Shown in pieces: positions 19,552 through 28,299 of a stretch of 64,000 nt of DNA. The position numbers were made by a program, and so were the translations under genes. Under the pieces are notes generated by a model, which worked only from the letters and a program-made list of their open reading frames with translations, was not told the origin of the DNA and did no database searches. Source of the DNA: Capsulimonadaceae bacterium (GTDB lineage: Bacteria > Armatimonadota > Armatimonadia > Armatimonadales > Capsulimonadaceae); the NCBI GenBank assembly GCA_965215505.1, contig OZ244065.1:4416001-4480000 (forward strand), read 5' to 3'. Positions within the stretch are counted from its first letter, which is position 1. Each line of letters starts with the position of its first letter.

Positions 19552-20358
19552 TCATCGTGCAGTCCGAAGCTGGGCTGTAGCAGCCGACCGAACAGGACCT
19601 TTCCCTATCTTTGCGGTTATGGCAAATGCGTTCTGCGCTTCTGTGAGATGCCCCAGCCCATGCAAGGCGTAGCCTCTGTAATAGTGGGCGATTGCTAGAT
19701 TGGGATCAATCGCCACAGCTTGGTCAAATTGGGGCAATGCTTCCCTGTAGTTTCGCCCGTAGCGCCGTCCCAGTACAACATGCAGCATGGCGCGCATTGC
19801 TCGCGGCTGAGGAACAGCAGAATTGAAATGTGTGTCTAGTCCTGGCTCATCAGCGGCCGGAGGTTCCTGGTTATATGGCATATCAGGACTCTTGAGGATG
19901 TCTTTGTATGCCTGTACCGCCTCAGACCAGTGCCCCGCATCATTTAGCAACGTTGCGTAGTGAATGATGTTGGAGGCGCTACCGAAGGTGCCTGGTGGGA
20001 CGCCATCAGGAGGGTAGATCATGTCATGATAGGCATGGATCGCCTCATTTGTACGTCCCTCGGTTTCATAGAGGCGCGCGAGTTCCTCTAGGGCAAACGC
20101 CCCCGCAGAAGTGTGTTCTTTTACGCACTCCTGAAGATCCGCTTCGGCGGTTTCCAGGTCTCCTGCTCGGCGTGCTTGCTGCCCTTCCTTCAGCAAGCGA
20201 TTAGCGCGACCGACGCTCGCCTGTACCTCAGGCGACAGCGCATGGCGGGCCTGACTCTTCGCTTGCAGATGTGGTGAGGAAAGCCAAACCATCATGCAAG
20301 CGATCACGGCGGCGCATCCGAGAACTATGTGCCGTTTCATTGCCTGATCCTTTCTCAT
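19552..20358 (-). CDS. Exported TPR-repeat protein, lower GC
   Basis: Signal peptide; TPR motifs such as EALPQFDQAVAIDPNLAIAHYYRGYAL; abuts the upstream gene. Confidence 0.8.
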   Translation of the reverse strand: MRKDQAMKRHIVLGCAAVIACMMVWLSSPHLQAKSQARHALSPEVQASVGRANRLLKEGQQARRAGDLETAEADLQECVKEHTSAGAFALEELARLYETEGRTNEAIHAYHDMIYPPDGVPPGTFGSASNIIHYATLLNDAGHWSEAVQAYKDILKSPDMPYNQEPPAADEPGLDTHFNSAVPQPRAMRAMLHVVLGRRYGRNYREALPQFDQAVAIDPNLAIAHYYRGYALHGLGHLTEAQNAFAITAKIGKGPVRSAATAQLRTAR

Positions 20359-22163
20359 CTAGCTGCCAGACGTATCCGGGTAGTAGTCTTCCCATGTCGG
20401 GAAGTTGTATGTCGCCGCATTGTCGAGGACAGTGACAGTTCCAGGCGGGTTAGGATTGTAATAGCTGGGCTGGCCGAACGTACTCACATAGTTCAAGTTG
20501 CACTGCCATGTCCAGTCCATCTTGTTGAGCGGTGCCCATTGAATGTCATTTCCTGGCGGCTGGTACATCATGTACGTCTGAAAACTATCGTTGATGGTCA
20601 TGTTGTCATGGGCGAAAAGACCCTCTGTTGGAGCATCGCCTGATCCTTGTTGATCCGGTGTTGTGTCAGTACTGTCAGCAGGCCAGGGTGCTCCTTCTTT
20701 ACTGGCGTAGTTGAATTCTGCATCCAAGACAGGGCCGCCGGTGTTTGTGAGTAGGTAGTATGGAGGCGGTGCGTACCGATACAGGTTGCAGAGTTGCGTA
20801 ACCTGCCAGATGCCCGCACTGCCCCAGTAGGAGCGGAACAAGTCGGGTGTTCCGACAGCCCCGTTCCAGTCGATGTTCCCTATGACTTCGACACCAGGGA
20901 CACCAGGAGTGCCGACGATGTTGACCCCTTTTGGAGTGGCATTGAACTTGAAGTAGGGCCTCCAAACTAAAACATCTCGCTTGCCGGTTACAGTGCCAAT
21001 AGACACATTGTTGATGCTGGCTTGTGCGGTACAAGAAACTGTCTGTAGAAGGCCCGAATCGTCCCCTCTACTCCAGTACCAGTGTGGAGACGGCTTCTGA
21101 TACTCAGACGGATCAACTGGATGGACGTGGCCATAGTGGGAAGCGGATGTTTCTACCACCTCAAAGCTAGCGTATGTCTGACCGGGTATGGTCCACTGGA
21201 AGTCAGACAGCGTGGCTGCTCCGGCAGTGAGGGTGCCGGAGCATCCCTGGCCGATGAGGATGTTGTCTTTCTTGTTGCTGTCTTTGGTTGTGCCTGATAG
21301 GGTGAGGATGACCGGATTGGGGGTGACGCTGTAAAAGAGGTTGACGAAATTGTCAGTTTCTTCCCAGTCGTATGCTAATGTCGTGCTGCCCGAAGTCGTG
21401 ACAGGAGGCAGAGTAATCGTAGTCGTGCCAGCAGCGGGGGCGGGGTAGATCGTATACTGTGTGGCGTAGTCGGAGGCGTCTTGCAGATACTCGATGTGAG
21501 TCGGATTGGGCAGGCCGCAACTGCAAGTGCCTGTACCCGCACCGTCGATGAACCACGATGCCCCCGCATCCTCCTCCACGATGACAGCAGGAGCCGGATC
21601 GTCCCCGTGCCAAGTCAGAGTAGCGGTGACAGTATTGGTTATAGTGTCCTGGCTCTGAAAGTCCTTTCCCTGGACTACGGGGTCAACGCTGTAGGAGACG
21701 GTGTAGCCCGAAGAGCCGGAGCCATCCTCCTGTGCGTGAGCGGGACAGACGAAGGAAAGCGTCAGGCCATTAATCAGGAGACTGAAGAGCCAGAGGATGG
21801 CCCAGGAGCGCGAGTGGCCCAGGAGCGCGAGTGGCCCAGGAGCGCGAGTGGCCCAGGAGCGCGAGTGGCCCAGGAGCGCGAGTGGCCCAGGAGCGCGAGT
21901 GGCCCAGGAGCGCGAGTGGCCCAGGAGCGCGAGTGGCCCAGGAGCGCGAGTGGCCCAGGAGCGCGAGTGGCCCAGGAGCGCGAGTGGCCCAGGAGCGCGA
22001 GTGGCCCAGGAGCGCGAGTGGCCCAGGAGCGCGAGTGGCCCAGGAGCGCGAGTGGCCCAGGAGCGCGAGTGGCCCAGGAGCGCGAGTGGCCCAGGAGCGC
22101 GAGTGGCCCAGGAGCGCGAGTGGCCCAGGAGCGCGAGTGGCCCAGGAGCGCGAGCGAGCGCAT
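20359..22163 (-). pseudogene. Secreted T/S/G-rich hypothetical protein whose signal peptide is frameshifted by a 17-bp VNTR
   Basis: GGAGG plus ATG at 22163; the 21 repeats put this ATG out of frame with the downstream ILWLFSLL...AHA-Q body. The only in-frame start upstream of the repeat is TTG 22176, which overlaps the SD. Confidence 0.65.
21798..22154. repeat. Perfect tandem repeat, 21 x 17 bp (TGGCCCAGGAGCGCGAG)
   Basis: 357 bp counted directly; no spacers or variant units. Confidence 0.97.
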
Positions 22164-22375
22164 GACGATCCTCCAATCAAGAACGGCGACGGCAGAGCAG
22201 AGAAGCGACGAAGTGTGAGAACGACGAAGCGTAACAGCAAGGCGAAGCGATGACCGAAGGACGCTCACGTTCAGCGTCACGGGTTAATTATATCACCAAA
22301 AGATTGTGGTGTCAAGTGGTTGTTGCAAACTATTTTCGGCGGGAACTTCCTACCTCATTTCGCGTAGAATCAGGC

Positions 22376-22630
22376 ATGAAGTACCCTCTAATCCTGTCCG
22401 CACTTCTCGTCCTGGGGGCGAGTCTGAGCGCGTCCGCCGCGCCGAAGCACCCAGCGCACAAGAAGCAAACGCCGAAGCCCGCGCCCGTCGCCATTAACCG
22501 CCCTGCTCCGGCAACTCAGGGGACGCCGGGCGGCTTCCGGGACGTGCCGCCGGACCATTGGGCGGCGAAGGCGGTCGAGACGTTGCGCCGTGAGGGCATC
22601 GTGAAGGGCTACCCCGACGGTGCGAAGTAG
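22376..22630 (+). CDS. Small secreted protein with a single SLH (S-layer homology) motif
   Basis: Signal peptide; FRDVPPDHWAAKAVETLRREGIVKGYPDG. Confidence 0.8.
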   Translation: MKYPLILSALLVLGASLSASAAPKHPAHKKQTPKPAPVAINRPAPATQGTPGGFRDVPPDHWAAKAVETLRREGIVKGYPDGAK

Positions 22631-23645
22631 GTTTAGTACGGCGCTGGCCCTGCTCCTGCTGGCTTCCGGCCCGGCCCTCGCGCACGATGTCAAAGACCCC
22701 GTGTGCCGCATGATGACGGACACGGACACGACGCCGTACCGGGAGGCCGTCAACGGCAAGACCTACTACTTCTGCTCGGACGGCTGCAAAGCCAAGTTCG
22801 ACAAGTCGCCTGCCGCTTACGTCACGCTGAACGCGGGTCTGGCGGCCGGGCGTGTCCGCACCTACCGCCTCGACTTAGACGCCCCGCCGCACCCCGCCCC
22901 CGGCCGTCCCGTCCCCCTCTCGTTCGTCATCCGCGAGGCACCTACGGGCCGGGTCGTGCAGGACTTCGAGGTCGTCCACACCAAGCCACTGCACTTCCTC
23001 ATGGTCAGCGCCGACCTCGCCTACTTCGAGCATCAGCACCCAACCCTTGGCCCCGACGGGCGGTTCCGGCTGGTCTGGACCTTCCCCCGCGCCGGCCGGT
23101 ACTTCCTGTTCGCCGACTTCACGCCCGCCGACGGCGACAACCAAATATTGCGGGCGGCTTTGGACGTCGGCCCGGCCCCTCCGGCCCCCCTGCCGCCGCG
23201 CCTCGTCCCCGACACGGAGCAGGTCAAGACCGTTGGCGATACCCGCATCACACTCGCCGTCCGGCCCGGCGCGCTGCGGGCGGGGAAGCAATCCCTGTTG
23301 ACCTACACGCTGACAGATTTGTCAGGCAAGGGCAGGGCCGACATGCAGCCGATCTTGGGCGTCATGGGCCACTTGATCGCTCTGCGAGGCGACACGCAGA
23401 CCCTCGTCCACACGCACGCCCTGCACGGCGTCCAGCCCGGCTCCTACGGCGCGGCGATGCTGGCGATGATGCAGGCGGGGCAGCCGGAAGTCGTGCCTAT
23501 CACGCCGGACATGGTGACGGAAAACGGCCCGCGCTTCACCTTCAAGCTGACCCCGCCCAGGCCGGGCCGCTACAGGCTGTGGGCGCAGTTCCAGCGACAG
23601 AACAAGTGGCTGACGGTGCCGTTCACGGTGGATGTCAAGGAGTAG
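22620..23645 (+). CDS. Secreted YHS-domain heavy-metal (Cu?) binding protein
   Basis: KDPVCRM...YYFCSDGCKAKF (YHS); VHTKPLH, FEHQHP, GVMGH, HTHA, YRLWAQF. Confidence 0.8.
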   Translation: MRSRFSTALALLLLASGPALAHDVKDPVCRMMTDTDTTPYREAVNGKTYYFCSDGCKAKFDKSPAAYVTLNAGLAAGRVRTYRLDLDAPPHPAPGRPVPLSFVIREAPTGRVVQDFEVVHTKPLHFLMVSADLAYFEHQHPTLGPDGRFRLVWTFPRAGRYFLFADFTPADGDNQILRAALDVGPAPPAPLPPRLVPDTEQVKTVGDTRITLAVRPGALRAGKQSLLTYTLTDLSGKGRADMQPILGVMGHLIALRGDTQTLVHTHALHGVQPGSYGAAMLAMMQAGQPEVVPITPDMVTENGPRFTFKLTPPRPGRYRLWAQFQRQNKWLTVPFTVDVKE

Positions 23646-24312
23646 CGGGGCTGGTTGAAGTGGAAGAGGCAGCCACAGGGGGTGACTGTGCCGCGTGGTG
23701 CAGCGCGGCGTCGTGCGCCGAGTCGGAGGCGCTGTCGCTGTAGACTTCTTCCTTGTGCATGCGGATGAAGCCGGACAGGTTGCCTTCCGGGTGGGCTTTG
23801 GTGACGACGACCACATACGCCTGGCCGTTCAGGACGGCACCGACGAGGTCGGCGAAAGCGGCGACTCTGGGGGCCGTCTGCCGATGGAGGTCAGTTTCCC
23901 CGACATGTTTTGTCAGCGCGGCAGGCAGCGGACCGTCCGAAGCCGAGTAGAGCGTCAGCACGGCGGGACCGGTGTGGTCGGTGTAGGATCGGGCGACGTG
24001 CAGCTCGACGGCCCGCACGTCCTGGAGGCCCTTGGTATTTACTTCGACCGTCGCGCCGGGGTGGGCAAGGTCAAAATCAATGGCCGCCGTTCCCGTGGCG
24101 GGCATCGGCACGGACGGGTTTCCCTTCAAACCGGGCGTCAGTGCCGCCTTCCAGGTGATCTTCAGCTCGCAGGCGCGGGCGACCGACGCAAGACTCGCAA
24201 GGCCAACAATACCCGCCAAAATCATCGCGGCCCAGCACCCGCTTGGCCTCGGTAGGAATGTCTTCCACGGCATCATAAAGCTATTATTCCACCTCAGCGC
24301 GATCCTTGTCAA
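23635..24312 (-). CDS. CHRD-domain-like secreted protein, start uncertain
   Basis: ATGTA...LH...GPAV...GQAYVVVVTKAHPEGNLSGFI resembles the CHRD YVNVHTxxxPxGEIRGQ motif. Confidence 0.65.
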   Translation of the reverse strand: MTRIALRWNNSFMMPWKTFLPRPSGCWAAMILAGIVGLASLASVARACELKITWKAALTPGLKGNPSVPMPATGTAAIDFDLAHPGATVEVNTKGLQDVRAVELHVARSYTDHTGPAVLTLYSASDGPLPAALTKHVGETDLHRQTAPRVAAFADLVGAVLNGQAYVVVVTKAHPEGNLSGFIRMHKEEVYSDSASDSAHDAALHHAAQSPPVAASSTSTSPATP

Positions 24313-24332
24313 TGATGAAGGCGTACCCCGAC

Positions 24333-24374
24333 AAAAACCCGCCCGCCTCTCTTGACGAGAAGCGGGCGAGTTTT
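24333..24374. terminator. Terminator downstream of rplL
   Basis: AAAAACCCGCCCGC...GCGGGCGAGTTTT. Confidence 0.7.
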
Positions 24375-24414
24375 GTTCTGCGCGTGTCGGCTACGCACTC
24401 GATCAGCCAGGCAC

Positions 24415-24792
24415 TTAAGCGGGCTTGATCTCGATGGTCGCGCCCTCGGCTTCCAGCTTGGCCTTCATGGCGGCGGCGTCCTCGGCGTTTAGGCCTTCCT
24501 TGACTGCCTTGGGGGCGCTGTCCACGAGTTCCTTGGCTTCCTTCAGGCCCAGCGCGGTGATCTCGCGGACGACCTTGATGACGCTGATCTTCTTGTCGCC
24601 TGCGGCGGTCAGGACCACGTTGAACGAGGTCGGGGCCTCGGGGGCGGCGGCGACTTCTGCTGCGGGTGCGGCAGGGCCGGCGGGGGCGGCGGCGGTGACG
24701 CCGAATTCTTCCTGGAGCTGCTTGACGAAGTCGCTGAGTTCCAGAACGGTCATGCTCTTGATGGATTCCATCATTGCGGCGGTATCGGCCAT
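24415..24792 (-). CDS. rplL: 50S ribosomal protein L7/L12
   Basis: [42 protein letters not shown]. Confidence 0.98.
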   Translation of the reverse strand: MADTAAMMESIKSMTVLELSDFVKQLQEEFGVTAAAPAGPAAPAAEVAAAPEAPTSFNVVLTAAGDKKISVIKVVREITALGLKEAKELVDSAPKAVKEGLNAEDAAAMKAKLEAEGATIEIKPA

Positions 24793-24855
24793 GGGTCTAA
24801 TTCTCCTTGTAATGCGTGTACTAAATGACGTGCGTGAGGACGCTTCAATGCGTCC

Positions 24856-25422
24856 CTACGCGGCTTCGGTCGCCGCCTCGCCCGCGCCCTGCTTGTCGGC
24901 GATGGCTTGCAGCGTGAAGACGAAGTTCGAGATGATGCCGTTCAAAGTGCCCACGAAGCCCGAGATGGGCGACTGGAGCGACCCGATCATCTGCGACAGC
25001 AGGACCTCGCGCGGCGGGGTCTTGGAAAGCGCATCCACCTGAGCGGCGCTCAGGACGCGGCCGTCCATGACGCCTGCCTTGACGGACATCGCCTTGTGGT
25101 CGCGGGCATAGTCCAGCAGGATCTTGGCGACGGCCACGGGGTCGCCCTTGGCGAAGCCGATGGCAGTGGGTCCGGCGAGGAACTCGCCCATGTCGGCAAC
25201 GGGCATGGAGTCGCCCGCAGCCAGCTTGAACAGGGTGTTCTTGACGACTCGGTACTCGGCGTCCACGCCGCGCAGCTTCTTGCGAAGCTCGGTCATCTCC
25301 GCCACGGACAGGCCCCGGTAGTCGGTCAGGATCGCGGCTTTGGTCAGGCCGACCAGTTCGCGCAGCTCGCCGACGAGTTCGACTTTGGCCCCGGCGGGTT
25401 CGATCGTGTATTCGATTGCTAT
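24856..25422 (-). CDS. rplJ: 50S ribosomal protein L10, probable ATA start (GTG 25431 is the alternative)
   Basis: DYRGLSVAEMTELR, VVKNTL, GPTAIGF; SD GGAGG at 25435-25431. Confidence 0.95.
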   Translation of the reverse strand: MAIEYTIEPAGAKVELVGELRELVGLTKAAILTDYRGLSVAEMTELRKKLRGVDAEYRVVKNTLFKLAAGDSMPVADMGEFLAGPTAIGFAKGDPVAVAKILLDYARDHKAMSVKAGVMDGRVLSAAQVDALSKTPPREVLLSQMIGSLQSPISGFVGTLNGIISNFVFTLQAIADKQGAGEAATEAA

Positions 25423-25467
25423 GATGTTCACCTCCCCCGAATGTTCTTCCGAAATAATCTTCCGAAC

Positions 25468-25621
25468 AAAAATGCGCCCTGCGACTGCCGTAGACGAAGA
25501 GGGCAAGTCGCAGGGCGCATCGGGACACCTTTTGGGGTGTCCTGGACGTTCCTGTTACCTCGGCTGGCGGGCGTGTGCCCATTAACCCGCGTTTATGTTC
25601 GCGGGGCCGGCTGTCTACGGC
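25468..25621 (-). promoter_or_regulatory. L10 leader (rplJ autoregulatory RNA) with attenuator
   Basis: 5' GCCGUAGACAG...UUAAU...CCGAGG...GUCUACGGC pairing overlaps a terminator stem ATGCGCCCTGCGAC/GTCGCAGGGCGCAT followed by a U-run. Confidence 0.85.
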
Positions 25622-25645
25622 GAAATCTTATGTGGTTGTCAGAGA

Positions 25646-25699
25646 ACCCCCACCCCCCGCCCCTCCCACGCAAGCGGGAGAGGGGCGGGGGGTGGGGGT
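25646..25699. repeat. Long GC hairpin (REP-like) after rplA
   Basis: ACCCCCACCCCCCGCCCCTC...GAGGGGCGGGGGGTGGGGGT 20-bp arms around a GCAAGC-containing loop. Confidence 0.7.
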
Positions 25700-25705
25700 C
25701 CTACC

Positions 25706-26443
25706 CTATCCCTTGCCCGCCGCCACCGAGACGGCACGGAGGGGGTCAACCCGCACGGTCGGCCCCATCGTCGTGTTGATGGCGATCTTCTTGAAGTACC
25801 GGCCCTTCGCCGCCGTCGGCCGGGCCTTCTGCAAGGCGTCCAGCAGGGCGTTGAAGTTCTCCATAAGCTGGTCCGGCGTGAACGAGGCTTTGCCGATGGG
25901 GGCGTGGACGATGCCCGCCTTCTCGACGCGGTACTCGACGCGGGTGGCCTTCTTGATGTCGTTGACGGCCTGCCCGATGTTCGGCGAGACGGTGCCCGCC
26001 TTCGGGTTCGGCATCTTCTGCTTGAAGGTCGCGCCCAGACGCCCCACCTGGCCCATCATGTCGGGCGTCGCGAGGATCAGGTCGTACTGCTTCCAGTCGA
26101 GCGTCCCCTTCTGCACCTGCTCGATGATGTCCTCGGCACCTACTAGGTCCGCGCCCGCCGCCTCGGCGTCGGCGGCCTTCGGGCCTTTGGCGAAGACCAG
26201 CACCTTGCGGCTCTTGCCGGTCCCGTGGGGCAGGGTGGTGACGCCGCGCACCATCTGGTCGCCGTGGCGCGGGTCCACGCCCAGGTTGAAGGCGACGTTG
26301 ACGGTCTCATCGAACTTGGCATTGGCGAGGCTCTTCGCCAGCTCCATCGCGGGCATGGGGTCGAGCAGCTTCTCGGGGTCGGTCTGCTTGGCGAGCGCCT
26401 GGTAGCGCTTGCCGATTGTCTTCACGCGGTCTTGCTTTCGCAT
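25706..26443 (-). CDS. rplA: 50S ribosomal protein L1
   Basis: KFDETV, LGVDPRHGDQMVRG, LPHGTGK, MPNPKAGTV, TTMGP. Confidence 0.98.
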   Translation of the reverse strand: MRKQDRVKTIGKRYQALAKQTDPEKLLDPMPAMELAKSLANAKFDETVNVAFNLGVDPRHGDQMVRGVTTLPHGTGKSRKVLVFAKGPKAADAEAAGADLVGAEDIIEQVQKGTLDWKQYDLILATPDMMGQVGRLGATFKQKMPNPKAGTVSPNIGQAVNDIKKATRVEYRVEKAGIVHAPIGKASFTPDQLMENFNALLDALQKARPTAAKGRYFKKIAINTTMGPTVRVDPLRAVSVAAGKG

Positions 26444-26449
26444 CTTCTG

Positions 26450-26489
26450 TCTCCTTGTGGTGCTGACGGGCGTTCGAGGCCCTCCCACA
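26450..26489 (-). promoter_or_regulatory. Putative L1-binding site before rplA
   Basis: GUGGGAGG...ACCACAAGGAG next to the rplA SD, resembling known L1 operator sites. Confidence 0.65.
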
Positions 26490-26496
26490 GACGCCG

Positions 26497-26667
26497 TTAG
26501 AACGGCGGTCTCGCCTTGCGCTTGTTTGAGGTCTTATCGGGCGTGTGCAGATCCTGCCAGTAGTCCCGCGTCCACCAGGCGATGGCCGCGCCAATGAGAA
26601 GTGCGACCACGATGAGTTTGACCCATAGCGGTGTATTCGGCGACAGCAGGATCTTCAGCAACGTCAT
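26497..26667 (-). CDS. Small 56-aa single-TM protein between rplK and rplA
   Basis: [56 protein letters not shown]; its ATG overlaps the rplK stop (TAATG). Confidence 0.65.
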   Translation of the reverse strand: MTLLKILLSPNTPLWVKLIVVALLIGAAIAWWTRDYWQDLHTPDKTSNKRKARPPF

Positions 26668-27089
26668 TACCCGATGTCAATGCCCATCGAGCGGGCCGTG
26701 CCGGCGATGATCTTCATCGCCGCCTCGGTGTCGTTGGCGTTCAGGTCCGGGGCCTTCGTCTCGGCGATGGAGCGGAGCTGTTCGGGGGTGATCTTGGCGA
26801 CCTTGGTCTTGTTGGGCGTCCCCGACCCGCTCGGGATGCCGGCGGCCTTCTTCAGAAGGTCGGCGGCGGGCGGGGTCTTGGTGACGAACGTGAACGACCG
26901 GTCCTCGTAGATGGTGATCTCGACGGGGACGATGGAGCCGATCATCGCGGCCGTCCGCTCGTTATAGCCCTTGATGAACTCCATCATATTGATGCCGTAG
27001 CCGCCCAGCGCGGGGCCGACGGGCGGCGCGGGGGTCGCCTTGCCGGCGTTGATCTGGAGCTTGACGACTCCGGTGATTTTCTTTGCCAT
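26667..27089 (-). CDS. rplK: 50S ribosomal protein L11
   Basis: [35 protein letters not shown]. Confidence 0.98.
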   Translation of the reverse strand: MAKKITGVVKLQINAGKATPAPPVGPALGGYGINMMEFIKGYNERTAAMIGSIVPVEITIYEDRSFTFVTKTPPAADLLKKAAGIPSGSGTPNKTKVAKITPEQLRSIAETKAPDLNANDTEAAMKIIAGTARSMGIDIG

Positions 27090-27110
27090 GTGTCTGTGAT
27101 GTCCTTAATG

Positions 27111-27238
27111 ACCTCTCCCCGCCGCAAGCGGCGACCCTCCCCTGTTAAGGGAGGGTGAGAAGTGAGGCGTCTGCCTGTGCTGTTTTGTCTTCACCCTTCC
27201 TTAACAGGGAGGGGTCGGCGCTTGCGCCGGGGGTAGGT
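27111..27238. repeat. REP-like inverted doublet between nusG and rplK
   Basis: ...CCCTGTTAAGGGAGGGTGA... and ...TCACCCTTCCTTAACAGGG... form ~50-bp imperfect inverted arms with GCAAGC/GCTTGC hairpins. Confidence 0.7.
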
Positions 27239-27768
27239 TACGAAATCTTCTCGATCTGGCTGAACTCCAGCTCGACCGGCGTGTCACGCCCGAAGATGGA
27301 GATAAGCACCTTGACCTTGTCCTTGGGCGCGTTGATCTCCTGAATGCTGCCCGTGAAGTCCCCGAACGGGCCGGAGTTGACGCGCACCGCCTGGCCGACT
27401 TCCCACTTGGGGCGGATGTACGGCTTGGTGTCGGACTCCTCGATGGCCTTGCGGATCTCGCGGATCTCCGAATCCTTGACGATGGTCGGCTTGGCGTCGC
27501 CGACGAACCCGATCACGCCGGTCGTACTCTTGACCAAGTACCAGGTGTTGTCGTCGAGTACCATCTCGACGAAGACATACCCTGGGAAGACCTTGCGGTC
27601 TATTTCGCTCTTCTTGCCCTGACGGACGCGCGATTCCTTCTCGGTCGGAACGAGGATGTCGAACACTTTGTTCTTCAGCCCCATCGTCTCCGCCCGGCGC
27701 TCGACGTTCGTCTTGACTTTCTTCTCGTGGCCCGAATAGGTGTGGACCGCGTACCAATGCTTCTGCAT
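27238..27768 (-). CDS. nusG: Transcription termination/antitermination factor NusG
   Basis: WYAVHTYSGHE, FPGYVFVEM, KOW GPFGDFTG, IFGRDTPVELEF. Confidence 0.98.
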   Translation of the reverse strand: MQKHWYAVHTYSGHEKKVKTNVERRAETMGLKNKVFDILVPTEKESRVRQGKKSEIDRKVFPGYVFVEMVLDDNTWYLVKSTTGVIGFVGDAKPTIVKDSEIREIRKAIEESDTKPYIRPKWEVGQAVRVNSGPFGDFTGSIQEINAPKDKVKVLISIFGRDTPVELEFSQIEKIS

Positions 27769-27786
27769 AGTTTTTAGATCGTCTTT

Positions 27787-28122
27787 TTAGTGGCGCCCGC
27801 CGTTGAACAGCGGCGCGGCGAGATGAGTCAGCAGGGCGTCGATGCCCCCGACCCAGATGGCGACGGCCAGGACGAAGGCCAAAACCACCGAGGTGGACTT
27901 GGTCAGCACGTCCCGGTTCGGCCAGGACGTCTTCTTCAGCTCCACCCAGGCCTCCTGGAAGAACTGCTGCGGGCTGGCTGGCTGCGCCTTCGCCATGGAC
28001 TGCGCGCGCCGCTGCGCCTCGGCCGTGATGCCGGTCCGGGCCGGCGCGGCGGGCTTGCCGGCGGGCGTCCCCTTCTTGGGGCCGGTCGGCTTCGGGTCCG
28101 GGGTTTTATAGGTTTCCGCCAT
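27787..28122 (-). CDS. secE: Preprotein translocase subunit SecE
   Basis: FFQEAWVELKKTSWP plus one TM helix, directly upstream of nusG. Confidence 0.92.
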   Translation of the reverse strand: MAETYKTPDPKPTGPKKGTPAGKPAAPARTGITAEAQRRAQSMAKAQPASPQQFFQEAWVELKKTSWPNRDVLTKSTSVVLAFVLAVAIWVGGIDALLTHLAAPLFNGGRH

Positions 28123-28299
28123 GGTGTACCGCCTTCGCCTGTGAGGACAGGCAAAAAAATGAACAGGGGTCGCGCCCCTGTCCGGTGTCTGAAGGCTACT
28201 ATAGCACGAACGGGGCGGCTTTGTCAAGCGCCGGGCGGCACGGGCGATTCTTTTTGGTGCCCGGCAGGAGACGCCGGGGGGCGCGGCGAACTCACGCCC

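Noticed and set aside
21798-22154. CRISPR array
   Set aside because: The units are contiguous identical 17-mers with no spacers, and there are no cas genes.
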